Of a DNA stretch of 61,678 bases, positions 19,088 through 27,722 are shown piece after piece. Source of the DNA: Pseudomonadota bacterium (GTDB lineage: Bacteria; Pseudomonadota; Gammaproteobacteria; Francisellales; CACEW01); the NCBI GenBank assembly GCA_021848625.1, contig JAJZUD010000003.1, positions 1-61,678 of the forward strand, given 5' to 3'. The first letter of the stretch is position 1. Every line of letters begins with the position of its first letter. Under the pieces are notes generated by a model that was given only the letters and a program-made list of their open reading frames with translations, searched no databases and was not told the origin of the DNA. A program made the translations under genes and the position numbers.

Positions 19088-20974
19088 TTAAGTTGAGGCT
19101 AAATCGCCTTCATTTTCAAGCCAAACCCGACGGTCTGCTGCGCGAGATTTAGCAAGCAGCATATCCATGACTTGAATGCTTTCTTGTGGAGTGTCTAAGC
19201 TTAAGGCAACCAAACGCCGGGTATCCCGTGCCATTGTTGTTTCACGTAATTGCAAAGGATTCATTTCGCCCAAGCCTTTAAAGCGTAACACATTGATTTT
19301 TTGATTGGGCTTGTCTTTTTTGATTTTACTCATCAAGGTCTCGCGTTCATGATGATCTAAAGCATAGTAGACGTCTTTGCCTGCATCAATGCGATAAAGC
19401 GGTGGCATAGCGATATAAATATGGCCTTGTGCAACCAAAGGCTGAAAATGCTTTAAAAAGAGGGCACAGAGCAGCGTTGCAATATGCGCCCCATCTGAGT
19501 CCGCATCCGCTAAAACACAAATTTTGTGATAGCGTAAACCCGACAAATCATTTGAATCCGGGTCAACGCCAATGGCCACTGCAATATCATGCACTTCTTG
19601 GGAGGCGAGTACTTCGTTTGCATCCACTTCCCAGGTATTTAAAATTTTGCCTCGTAGCGGCATGACCGCTTGAAATTCTTTGTCCCGTGCTTGTTTGGCT
19701 GAGCCACCGGCTGAATCCCCTTCCACTAAAAAAAGCTCAGAATGTTCTGGATTTTGACAGCTGCAATCAGCCAACTTACCCGGAAGGGCAGGGCCATTCA
19801 TGATTTTTTTACGGGTAATTTTTTTATCGGCTTTCAGGCGCTTTTGGGCATTGTTGATGGAAAGCTCTGCCAACAGTTCACCGATTTCAACATGCTGATT
19901 CAGCCATAAGCTCAAGGCATCTTGAACCGCTCCCATGACCAAGTTCGCACACTCGCGGGATGAGAGTCGCTCTTTGGTTTGGCCCGCAAATTGAGGGTCG
20001 CGCAATTTAACTGACAGGATAAAGGCACAATCGGCAAATACATCCTCGGGGGAAAGCTTTACGCCGCGGGGGAGTAAATTACGCAGTTCGCAAAATTGGC
20101 GCATTGCCTCAAGGATTCCAGAGCGCAGGCCATTGACATGCGTTCCTCCTTGCGCGGTCGGAATGAGGTTGACATAGCTTTCGCAGGGGGTCTCAGTGCC
20201 GCCCTTTTCAGTCACCCAAGCCAAAGCCCAATCTACACTTTCGCCTTGGTTTTTAAAATGCCCGACAAAGGGTGCTTCGGGTAAAATCACAGATTCAGCT
20301 AGACTTTGCTTGAGGTAATCGGCTAAACCTTCTTCAAAGCACCAAGTTTCATCGGTTTGACCAGGCTCATCAATCAAACGAACAGACAGGCCGGGTAAGA
20401 GTACAGCCTTGGCACGAAGTACTTGCTTGAGGCGGGAAATTGAAATTTTAGGCGAATCAAAATAACTAGGTTCAGGCCAAAAATGCACCTGAGTACCCGT
20501 TTCTTTTTTTGGGACTTTGCCAATCGCATGAAGCTCGCTCGCTTTGTCTCCATGGCTAAAATCAATGGCATAAATTTGACCCTCTCGTTTAATGCGCACC
20601 TCGACTTTGCTCGAGAGCGCGTTAACCACCGATACCCCTACGCCGTGTAGGCCTCCAGAGACCTCATAGGAGTCATGATTAAACTTTCCCCCCGCATGCA
20701 GGCGGGTCATGATGAGTTCAACTCCAGAGACGCCTTCTTCTGGGTGAATATCAACAGGCATACCACGGCCATCATCTTCAACGCTAATGGAAAGGTCGGC
20801 ATAGACCGTTACTGTAATTTGTTTTGCATATCCCGCCAAGGCTTCGTCAACACTGTTATCCACGACTTCCTGGACAAGGTGATTGGGTCGGGTGGTATCC
20901 GTGTACATGCCTGGGCGGCGTTTTACAGGGTCCAATCCAGTTAATACTTCAATGGATGAGGCGGTGTACGTCAT
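19088..20974 (-). CDS. parE: DNA topoisomerase IV subunit B
   Basis: LDPVKRRPGMYTDTTRPNHL, EVVDNSVDE, TOPRIM LVEGDSAGGSAKQAR, PLRGKILN, DADSDG, RFKGLGEMNP; 628 aa without the GyrB insert. Confidence 0.98.
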   Translation of the reverse strand: MTYTASSIEVLTGLDPVKRRPGMYTDTTRPNHLVQEVVDNSVDEALAGYAKQITVTVYADLSISVEDDGRGMPVDIHPEEGVSGVELIMTRLHAGGKFNHDSYEVSGGLHGVGVSVVNALSSKVEVRIKREGQIYAIDFSHGDKASELHAIGKVPKKETGTQVHFWPEPSYFDSPKISISRLKQVLRAKAVLLPGLSVRLIDEPGQTDETWCFEEGLADYLKQSLAESVILPEAPFVGHFKNQGESVDWALAWVTEKGGTETPCESYVNLIPTAQGGTHVNGLRSGILEAMRQFCELRNLLPRGVKLSPEDVFADCAFILSVKLRDPQFAGQTKERLSSRECANLVMGAVQDALSLWLNQHVEIGELLAELSINNAQKRLKADKKITRKKIMNGPALPGKLADCSCQNPEHSELFLVEGDSAGGSAKQARDKEFQAVMPLRGKILNTWEVDANEVLASQEVHDIAVAIGVDPDSNDLSGLRYHKICVLADADSDGAHIATLLCALFLKHFQPLVAQGHIYIAMPPLYRIDAGKDVYYALDHHERETLMSKIKKDKPNQKINVLRFKGLGEMNPLQLRETTMARDTRRLVALSLDTPQESIQVMDMLLAKSRAADRRVWLENEGDLAST

Positions 20975-21010
20975 AAATGCTCAGGAGATCTTTTCAGAAT
21001 AAAATGCATC

Positions 21011-21682
21011 TTATCTTATTTTTTCAGGGATTTGAAGATCCAGGCTTGAAGTCACTTCAAGTTCACGATCTTCATAGGGATTACGCTCAGGATAGGCTAT
21101 TTTCCATGCGGCAATACGCTCGTCACGGGCCATAATGAGTTGGGCAATTTCATCACGGTAAACGCGAACCATGCTGGAGAGCCATAAATTTAAAGGCCAG
21201 GAGGGTAGACAATGGTCAATATTAAAATAATCCAGTAATTGAATCACGGTTGCCGCATCATACCAGGTTTCACCAGTGACCCAGCGGTTGGTCGTAAATA
21301 AAGAAAGGGGCTGGCCGTACTTGTCCATCGAGATGCCAATGAGGTGGCAGATATCATCCTCTTTGCTGCCATCAGGGCGACAAGAGCGATCAATATCAAC
21401 GGGTTGGAGCGTATCGGGGATGCCTTTTTTACGCAGAAATAGGTGAAAATGCCCATTCTCGTTGCTGCGGGTATTGACAGCCAACTGAGTGGGGTGAGCA
21501 TGGTAAAAATACTGCGAATGAGTTTCGTTGTCAAAAACGTCGCCTTTGGGGTAATGCGACCACTGCACAAAGGGCTCAGATTGACGCAGAATTTCCCAAA
21601 CGACATTGGATTTCGCCTTTGCCAGAACCCGTTGGCATTCTTTAATTTGTAGCCAATCGGGATGATCTTCAGGCAAAGGCAT
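21011..21682 (-). CDS. Conserved-looking cytoplasmic protein with two HxH motifs (DUF6969-like; putative metalloenzyme)
   Basis: HYPKGDVFD, QYFYHAHP, ENGHFHLFLR, HLIGISMDKYGQP, LFTTNRWVTGETWY; no signal peptide. The DUF6969 label is from memory of the motif pattern, not from a search. Confidence 0.7.
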   Translation of the reverse strand: MPLPEDHPDWLQIKECQRVLAKAKSNVVWEILRQSEPFVQWSHYPKGDVFDNETHSQYFYHAHPTQLAVNTRSNENGHFHLFLRKKGIPDTLQPVDIDRSCRPDGSKEDDICHLIGISMDKYGQPLSLFTTNRWVTGETWYDAATVIQLLDYFNIDHCLPSWPLNLWLSSMVRVYRDEIAQLIMARDERIAAWKIAYPERNPYEDRELEVTSSLDLQIPEKIR

Positions 21683-21688
21683 GAGGGA

Positions 21689-21964
21689 TTAATCCGGTTG
21701 GCAAGGATTGCAAGAACCGGCTGCACAAGGATTCATCGCTGCGCAGGGGTTGCAGGGGGAGCAAAGCGGGCCGCAGGGATTGCAACCGACGGCCGCATCA
21801 GGATTGCAGGGAGGACACATTGAAGCACAGGGAGCTCCAGCGCCACAGCCCATACTGCTTCCTGTAGAAATCGCAGCAGCAGGATTGCTCGCAGCAGAGT
21901 CGGCATGTGCCTGAGCCGTTGCAAGGACAGCAACAGCTGCAGTAGCCATAACGAGTTTTTTCAT
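21689..21964 (-). CDS. Secreted Cys-rich repeat peptide (12 Cys; CNPC/CxPC repeats)
   Basis: RBS GGGAGA, signal peptide [21 protein letters not shown], then an 18-aa Ala/Ser spacer and a 52-aa Cys/Pro/Asn repeat region. Stop is 6 bp from the next start. Confidence 0.85.
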   Translation of the reverse strand: MKKLVMATAAVAVLATAQAHADSAASNPAAAISTGSSMGCGAGAPCASMCPPCNPDAAVGCNPCGPLCSPCNPCAAMNPCAAGSCNPCQPD

Positions 21965-22008
21965 GGTATGATTCTCCCATCGTTGATGAAAAATTGAAAG
22001 CGAGTTTA

Positions 22009-22037
22009 ATTCTAGCGGATTTTATTCGCGTTGTAAA
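22009..22037 (-). promoter_or_regulatory. Candidate sigma70-type promoter for the Cys-peptide operon
   Basis: Minus strand -35 TTTACA (22037-22032), 17-bp spacer, -10 TAGAAT (22014-22009), about 45 bp upstream of the peptide ATG. Confidence 0.5.
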
Positions 22038-22060
22038 ATATTTTGAAAGAGGAGAAAAGC

Positions 22061-22801
22061 ATGCTGAAGAAAGTGGTCGCAAACTGGAAAATGGGCGCGG
22101 ATCGCAAATTGGCAGAGTCCTTGTTGACTGAGTATAAACGTGAAAAATTTCACTTTGACGTAGACTTGGTGGTCTGCCCCAGTTTTGTGCACATTGCTTT
22201 GGCTCAAGCTAAGCTCAAACATAATCGTGAAATTTGCTTTGGCGCGCAAGACGTCAGTATGCATAGGGAAGGCGCTTATACAGGTGAGGTGTCAGCACAA
22301 ACCTTGAAAGAATTGGATTGTCGTTATGTGATTATCGGTCATTCCGAACGTCGCACTTATCATCATGAAACCAATGCGATGGTGGTTGAAAAAGTGAAGC
22401 AAGTGCTGGAACAGGGCTTAATTCCCATTATTTGCATTGGAGAGACCCTTGCTGAACGTAAGGATAATCAAACTGAGATCGTATTGCAAAGTCAGCTCGA
22501 AGCAGTTTTGAAATGCTTGTCACCCAAGACTGAATTCTGGATCGCCTATGAACCAGTCTGGGCTATTGGTACAGGGATCACACCGAGTTTGCAAGAGATT
22601 GCCGCTGCACATGCTTTTTTGCATAAAAAGCTGTATAATCACGCCGCTGCGGTTTTGTTGTATGGTGGGAGTGTTAAACCCAGTAATGCGTTAGAGATTC
22701 TGAAATTACCGCATGTGGATGGGGTGCTTGTTGGCGGAGCCTCTTTAAACGCGGGTGATCTCATGGCGATTTGTAGCGCAGCCCATCGTTGTAATCAGTA
22801 G
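22061..22801 (+). CDS. tpiA: Triosephosphate isomerase
   Basis: VANWKM, GHSERR, AYEPVWAIGTG, LYGGSV, LVGGASL. ATG 22061 follows GAGGAG. Confidence 0.98.
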   Translation: MLKKVVANWKMGADRKLAESLLTEYKREKFHFDVDLVVCPSFVHIALAQAKLKHNREICFGAQDVSMHREGAYTGEVSAQTLKELDCRYVIIGHSERRTYHHETNAMVVEKVKQVLEQGLIPIICIGETLAERKDNQTEIVLQSQLEAVLKCLSPKTEFWIAYEPVWAIGTGITPSLQEIAAAHAFLHKKLYNHAAAVLLYGGSVKPSNALEILKLPHVDGVLVGGASLNAGDLMAICSAAHRCNQ

Positions 22802-22821
22802 AAGTAAAGGATAGGATCAGA

Positions 22822-23178
22822 ATGTATAGTTTAATTTTGTTATTTCATGTGTTGTTTTGTCTCGCTTTAATTGCATTGGTGCTGTTGCAACAAGGAAAAG
22901 GGGCCGATGTGGGCGCAGCTTTTGGTTCAGGTTCAGCCAATTCGCTGTTTGGAAGTCGGGGCCCGGCTTCGTTTTTATTTAAGCTCACTGTTTTTTTAGC
23001 GGCTTTGTTTTTTGTGACGAGTATTGCACTGACGGTGATTCAAAAACAAAATATTGCTGCCGCCAATCAATTGGCGCCTCCATCTTCCCCTGCATCCGTT
23101 CAACAGCAACCTGCTTTTGTCCCTCCTGCTCCTGCGGCGAATATGCCTCATTCTGGAACCACTTCAGGTACTTCATGA
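22822..23178 (+). CDS. secG: Preprotein translocase subunit SecG
   Basis: LVLLQQGKGADVGAAFGSG...LFGSRG; conserved position after tpiA. Confidence 0.97.
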   Translation: MYSLILLFHVLFCLALIALVLLQQGKGADVGAAFGSGSANSLFGSRGPASFLFKLTVFLAALFFVTSIALTVIQKQNIAAANQLAPPSSPASVQQQPAFVPPAPAANMPHSGTTSGTS

Positions 23179-23555
23179 CACTTTGGTCCTCGCTGGGTCT
23201 TGTGATGTTGGGCAGCGCTCTCGGTGGAGTTTGCCGTTATCTGCTTGCTGATTTTATCAATCATTTTGTGCGAGGATTTCCGCTGGCTACTTTGACTGTG
23301 AATGTGATCGGTAGTTTTGTTATAGGCTTGTTGTGGGTGTGGGTCATGCACGCCTCTCACCGGGTTTTATTAGAGTCCTTGCTCATGGTCGGTTTGCTCG
23401 GGGGCTTTACTACTTTTTCTTCGTTTTCGCTGGATTCCTTTGCTTTGATTGAAGAGGGGCGAATTTTAGCGGCTGTGGTATATGTGCTTATCAGTATCGT
23501 GATCAGCTTGCAGGCTACGTTTTGGGGTGTGGAAATCATGCAGTGGATGCGTTAG
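23175..23555 (+). CDS. crcB: Fluoride channel Fluc/CrcB, copy 1
   Basis: GGVCRY, FPLATLTVNVIGSF, GLLGGFTTFSSF; ATGA overlap with secG. Confidence 0.93.
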   Translation: MTLWSSLGLVMLGSALGGVCRYLLADFINHFVRGFPLATLTVNVIGSFVIGLLWVWVMHASHRVLLESLLMVGLLGGFTTFSSFSLDSFALIEEGRILAAVVYVLISIVISLQATFWGVEIMQWMR

Positions 23556-23561
23556 GATAGC

Positions 23562-23963
23562 ATGATGAAACCAAGTAAGTTTGCATTAATTTTTTTAGTG
23601 GCCTGTGGAAGTGCGGTGGGTGGCCTCTTGCGTTATTTGATTTCAATTGGATTGAATCCCTTTGCTGAGCTTTTCCCCTGGGCGACGTTTGCGGTCAATT
23701 TATTAGGTAGTTTTTTGATTGGTGTCTTATTTGTATGGTGTGCGCGGTTTCAAGCGGAGCAAAAATTACGCGCCTTGTTGATTGTAGGTTTGATGGGCGG
23801 TTTAACCACATTTTCTAGCTTTTCTTTGGAGGCAGATGGATTAATCCACACAGGTAGGGCAGGGTTAGCTTTGCTCTATGTATTTTTAAGCGTGGTGTTG
23901 GGGATTTTAGGAGTGTTTTTAGGCATGAGTTTAATGCGGTTAAGAGGAAGGAAAATCAAGTGA
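23562..23963 (+). CDS. crcB: Fluoride channel Fluc/CrcB, copy 2
   Basis: GGLLRY, FPWATFAVNLLGSF, GLMGGLTTFSSF. Confidence 0.93.
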   Translation: MMKPSKFALIFLVACGSAVGGLLRYLISIGLNPFAELFPWATFAVNLLGSFLIGVLFVWCARFQAEQKLRALLIVGLMGGLTTFSSFSLEADGLIHTGRAGLALLYVFLSVVLGILGVFLGMSLMRLRGRKIK

Positions 23964-26521
23964 ATAGTCAGGCAATTCGTGAAGCATTTACGGCATTTTT
24001 TCAGCAAAAGGGGCACACAGTGGTGTCCTCAAGCCCTTTGGTTCCAGGCAATGACCCCACTTTATTGTTTACCAATGCGGGGATGGTGCAGTTTAAGGAA
24101 TGTTTTCTAGGCTTGGAGCAGCGGCCTTATACGCGGGCGACCACGGTGCAAAAATGTGTGCGCGCGGGTGGTAAGCATAACGATTTGGAAAATGTCGGTT
24201 TTACCGCGCGACACCATACTTTTTTTGAAATGCTGGGTAATTTTAGCTTTGGCGACTATTTCAAAGAGGAAGCCATTGCTTTTGCGTGGGAATTGCTGAC
24301 GCAAGTCTTTAATATCCCCAAAGAAAAACTTTGGGTGACGGTGTTTGAAGAAGATGATGAGGCCTATGCGATTTGGAAAGATCAGATCGGTGTGGATCCA
24401 GCGCGTATTTCCCGCATTGGCGCCAAAGATAATTTCTGGATGATGGGGGATACGGGGCCCTGCGGTCCTTGTACTGAGATTTTCTATGATCATGGCGAAG
24501 GAATTTGGGGCGGACCTCCAGGTACTCCTGAAGGCGATGGCGATCGTTATATCGAAATTTGGAATTTAGTCTTCATGCAATTTAATCGCGATGCCTCTGG
24601 CAAAATGACCCCCTTGCCTAAGCCGTCTGTCGATACGGGGATGGGGCTTGAGCGCATTGCTGCTGTGTTGCAGGGTGTGCATGACAATTATGATATTGAT
24701 ACGTTTCAGTATTTGATCAAGCAGGCGGCCAAGATTCTCAAGGTGACGGATTTGAGTTTGCGGTCCTTGCGGGTGATCAGCGATCATATCCGTTCGGCGA
24801 GTTTTCTCATCGCCGATGGGGTGATTCCAGGCAATGAAGGGCGGGGCTATGTCTTGCGAAGGATTATTCGTCGCGCCATTCGTCATGGGCATAAACTCGG
24901 CACGAGTGAAGCGTTTTTCTACAAATTGGTCCCTGCTTTAAGAGAAATTATGGGGCAAGCATATCCTGAACTCGATAAACAAGAATCATTTATCATCGCG
25001 ACCTTAAAGCAAGAAGAAGAGCAATTTGCACGGACGCTGGCTCAGGGCATGAAACTTTACGAAGAGGCTGTTGCGGCTTTATCCGGCAAGGTCATTCCAG
25101 GTGAGGTGATTTTTAAATTGTATGATACTTATGGGTTCCCTGTTGATCTGACAGAGGATATGGCGCGCGAGCGTGGACTCAGCTTAGATGCAGAGGGCTT
25201 TGAAGCCTGTATGCAGGAGCAAAAAGAGCGGGGTCGGCAAAATAATAAATTTGCCTTAGATTACAATGCCTTGCCCAAAATAGAAGGGGTCAGCGAATTT
25301 GTCGGCTATCACACTTTGACTGAAAGTTCGGAAATTACAGGTCTGTATCATCAAAATACGGCGGCTTCTGTGTTGAAACAAGGGGAAGAGGGAATTGTGA
25401 TTTTGTCGCAAACGCCTTTTTATCCTGAAGGAGGTGGGCAGATTGGTGATCGTGGGGTTTTGCATGTGGCAGGCGGTGCATTTGTGGTGCAAACGACCCA
25501 AAAACAAAGTGACGCGATTTTACATTTTGGTGTGGTTGAGTCTGGTGAAATGCGTTTGGGAATGTTAGTGGAAGCTGAAGTGGATGCCAAAGCAAGACGG
25601 CTAACAGCGCGTAATCACTCGGCAACACACTTGCTGGATGCGGCTTTACGTCAAATTTTAGGCTTGCATGTAGAGCAAAAAGGCTCTTTAGTTGCAGTAG
25701 AAAATTTCCGTTTTGATTTCTCACATCCGAAAGCTTTAACAGTGGAGGAGAAGCAAAAAATTGAAGATTTAGTCAACGAATGGATTTCAGCGGATTACCC
25801 CACAGAAGTCTTGCATATGAGTTTGGATGCTGCGAAAAAAATGGGCGCCATTGCTTTGTTTGGTGAAAAATACGGCGAAAACGTCCGGGTTCTTAAAATG
25901 GGCGATGTCTCGATTGAATTATGCGGTGGAACCCATGTGAAACATACTGGGGAAATCGGCCTGTTTAAAATCACCTCAGAGGGTAGTGTGGCTGCGGGAG
26001 TACGTCGTATTGAAGGAGTGACTTCACTGGCAGCGAAAACCTATTTGGAATCCGAATGCGTCAAAGCCAAAGCCAGATCCGTTGAACTGGAAGAGGCGAT
26101 GCATGCCCTGCAAAAACAGCAAGAGGCTTTAGAATCAGAGCGGGTGATGCAAGATCTGCCTCAGCGCTTGCTTGAAAACAAGATCATGGTGAAGGGTAAG
26201 GCTTTAATTATCGCTGAAGTGGGCACGCTTGCTCCAAAATTCTTAAGTCCAGTTGCGTTGGACTTGAAAAATAAAATTCAAGAGGGGGTCGTTGTATTGA
26301 TTTCCACTCAGGAGGATAAACTCAGTTTTATCGTTGCAGTGACAGAAGCTTTAAGTCAAACCTGCAAAGCGGGTGAGATTGTGAAGTCTTTTGCTGAGAA
26401 AATCGGCGGTAAAGGGGGCGGTAAGCCTGAGCTGGCGCAAGGGGGAGGTCCAAAAGTCCCAGGCTTAAAGAGCATTATAGAAAGCCTAAACAGCGATCTG
26501 GTTAGGCTGTTGTCTCTCTAG
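23960..26521 (+). CDS. alaS: Alanine--tRNA ligase
   Basis: DPTLLFTNAGMVQFK, RHHTFFEMLGNFSFGDYFK, editing HSATH...ELCGGTH, C-Ala GGKGGG. GTG start overlaps the crcB2 stop. Confidence 0.99.
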   Translation: MNSQAIREAFTAFFQQKGHTVVSSSPLVPGNDPTLLFTNAGMVQFKECFLGLEQRPYTRATTVQKCVRAGGKHNDLENVGFTARHHTFFEMLGNFSFGDYFKEEAIAFAWELLTQVFNIPKEKLWVTVFEEDDEAYAIWKDQIGVDPARISRIGAKDNFWMMGDTGPCGPCTEIFYDHGEGIWGGPPGTPEGDGDRYIEIWNLVFMQFNRDASGKMTPLPKPSVDTGMGLERIAAVLQGVHDNYDIDTFQYLIKQAAKILKVTDLSLRSLRVISDHIRSASFLIADGVIPGNEGRGYVLRRIIRRAIRHGHKLGTSEAFFYKLVPALREIMGQAYPELDKQESFIIATLKQEEEQFARTLAQGMKLYEEAVAALSGKVIPGEVIFKLYDTYGFPVDLTEDMARERGLSLDAEGFEACMQEQKERGRQNNKFALDYNALPKIEGVSEFVGYHTLTESSEITGLYHQNTAASVLKQGEEGIVILSQTPFYPEGGGQIGDRGVLHVAGGAFVVQTTQKQSDAILHFGVVESGEMRLGMLVEAEVDAKARRLTARNHSATHLLDAALRQILGLHVEQKGSLVAVENFRFDFSHPKALTVEEKQKIEDLVNEWISADYPTEVLHMSLDAAKKMGAIALFGEKYGENVRVLKMGDVSIELCGGTHVKHTGEIGLFKITSEGSVAAGVRRIEGVTSLAAKTYLESECVKAKARSVELEEAMHALQKQQEALESERVMQDLPQRLLENKIMVKGKALIIAEVGTLAPKFLSPVALDLKNKIQEGVVVLISTQEDKLSFIVAVTEALSQTCKAGEIVKSFAEKIGGKGGGKPELAQGGGPKVPGLKSIIESLNSDLVRLLSL

Positions 26522-26523
26522 AT

Positions 26524-27213
26524 CTACACTGATGGCTTGGATGGTGCGGTAGGGTCGGAAGCTATATTCATGGCGGCAAGTTGTGCCTCAAGATCGTGCC
26601 AGGGTATTTGAGCCTGAGGTGTAGGTTGAGTCACAGCTTCTGCGGCCAGAAGGCTTTCTGCTTCAGCCTTTAGTGCAGCTGTTTGCGCGTGAAGATTAGA
26701 CATGCCCTGGTCAAATTTTGTTGTTGCAAGCGTAAAAAGTCGATTGACTTCCGAGAGTTCTGAGGAAGCTATCTCTACATTAAGTTTTACGCCAGAAACA
26801 TAGATCATAATCTCTGCTGTCTCCGTGGTAAGAAGATCTGGCATGGGTGTCACTACGCTAGGGGACTTCAAAAGAAGAGTACATTCATCAAAGGTATCTT
26901 TTGCTAATTTTTTAGCGGCACTAAGAAATTCTATCGTCTTGCTAATAATCAGGTCCCATGCTTCTGCTTTGTCAGTAGGCATACTTTTGCCTAGCAATAG
27001 GCGGATTATTGCCATTGCGGTGGCGCTGTAAGTCTGAAGCTGTGGATCAAGTATATCCCTATAATTATTAATCGTCTGATGTAGCTCTGCTAATTTTTGA
27101 CTATGAATTTCGAGGGTTTGAGTTGCTTGTTTCAGAAGTTCGTCCATTGCTTCCCTGGTTACAGATCTTTGGGTGGATGTTGCTTCCTCTTCTGTTGGAT
27201 ATCCAGATGCCAT
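26524..27213 (-). CDS. Hypothetical alpha-helical/coiled-coil protein
   Basis: 229-aa ORF rich in A/E/L/T with heptad-like runs, filling the gap convergent to alaS; AT-rich upstream region. Confidence 0.7.
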   Translation of the reverse strand: MASGYPTEEEATSTQRSVTREAMDELLKQATQTLEIHSQKLAELHQTINNYRDILDPQLQTYSATAMAIIRLLLGKSMPTDKAEAWDLIISKTIEFLSAAKKLAKDTFDECTLLLKSPSVVTPMPDLLTTETAEIMIYVSGVKLNVEIASSELSEVNRLFTLATTKFDQGMSNLHAQTAALKAEAESLLAAEAVTQPTPQAQIPWHDLEAQLAAMNIASDPTAPSKPSV

Positions 27214-27422
27214 TTTTTTCTCTTGCCTGAGTTTGTAAGATGTTTAATGTACCAAGAGTAATGTATTTAATTTGTTCTAATTTTGTTATTAAAATTGTAA
27301 TCAATTGTAATAGCATGTTGAAATGCTTGAAAGATAAAATAAAAAAAGTATCATTACAAGTGAGTGAAAAGTCTCGGGCTGAGAGCCCAGTCTGTTTTTG
27401 AAATATCAAGGAGAATTTTCGT

Positions 27423-27722
27423 ATGTTTTTTTTGCCATTTTTTGACCTTATAGAAGAGCCGGGGCCTGAACTCAGGGCGAGCTTCTTGGGTCTACTTGGA
27501 GGGGGAGCAGTGAGCTTGATTTCCGCTGGTCTAGGAAGCTTAAACGGCATGTATGTGGGTATGGGGATTGCAGTGATCAGTGCGCTTTATGCCTGTTATA
27601 TAGTATCACCCTCCGCTATTCGGCAAGAGCCCAGAGAAGCTTTGGTTGTGTGGACTGGAGTCAATGGGGCAAGTGCATCTCACCGGGATTCAGACAGGAG
27701 TGCATTTAGTTCTGTTGTATAG
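27423..27722 (+). CDS. Hypothetical small two-TM membrane protein
   Basis: AAGGAG RBS before ATG; two Gly-rich hydrophobic segments. The 3' end overlaps cca by 43 bp. Confidence 0.5.
   Translation: MFFLPFFDLIEEPGPELRASFLGLLGGGAVSLISAGLGSLNGMYVGMGIAVISALYACYIVSPSAIRQEPREALVVWTGVNGASASHRDSDRSAFSSVV

Noticed and set aside
21244-22082. Alternative-frame ORFs over the Cys-peptide/HxH genes (160, 94, 68, 66 aa)
   Set aside because: They overlap better-supported ORFs that have an RBS, signal peptide or conserved-looking motifs, and show no coherent features of their own.
23178-23260. tRNA-Leu expected after secG
   Set aside because: crcB starts overlapping the secG stop, and no cloverleaf or GTTCRA T-arm is visible.
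27101-27550. 149-aa minus-strand ORF across the AT-rich spacer
   Set aside because: It overlaps two better ORFs, and its composition simply mirrors AT-rich non-coding DNA.
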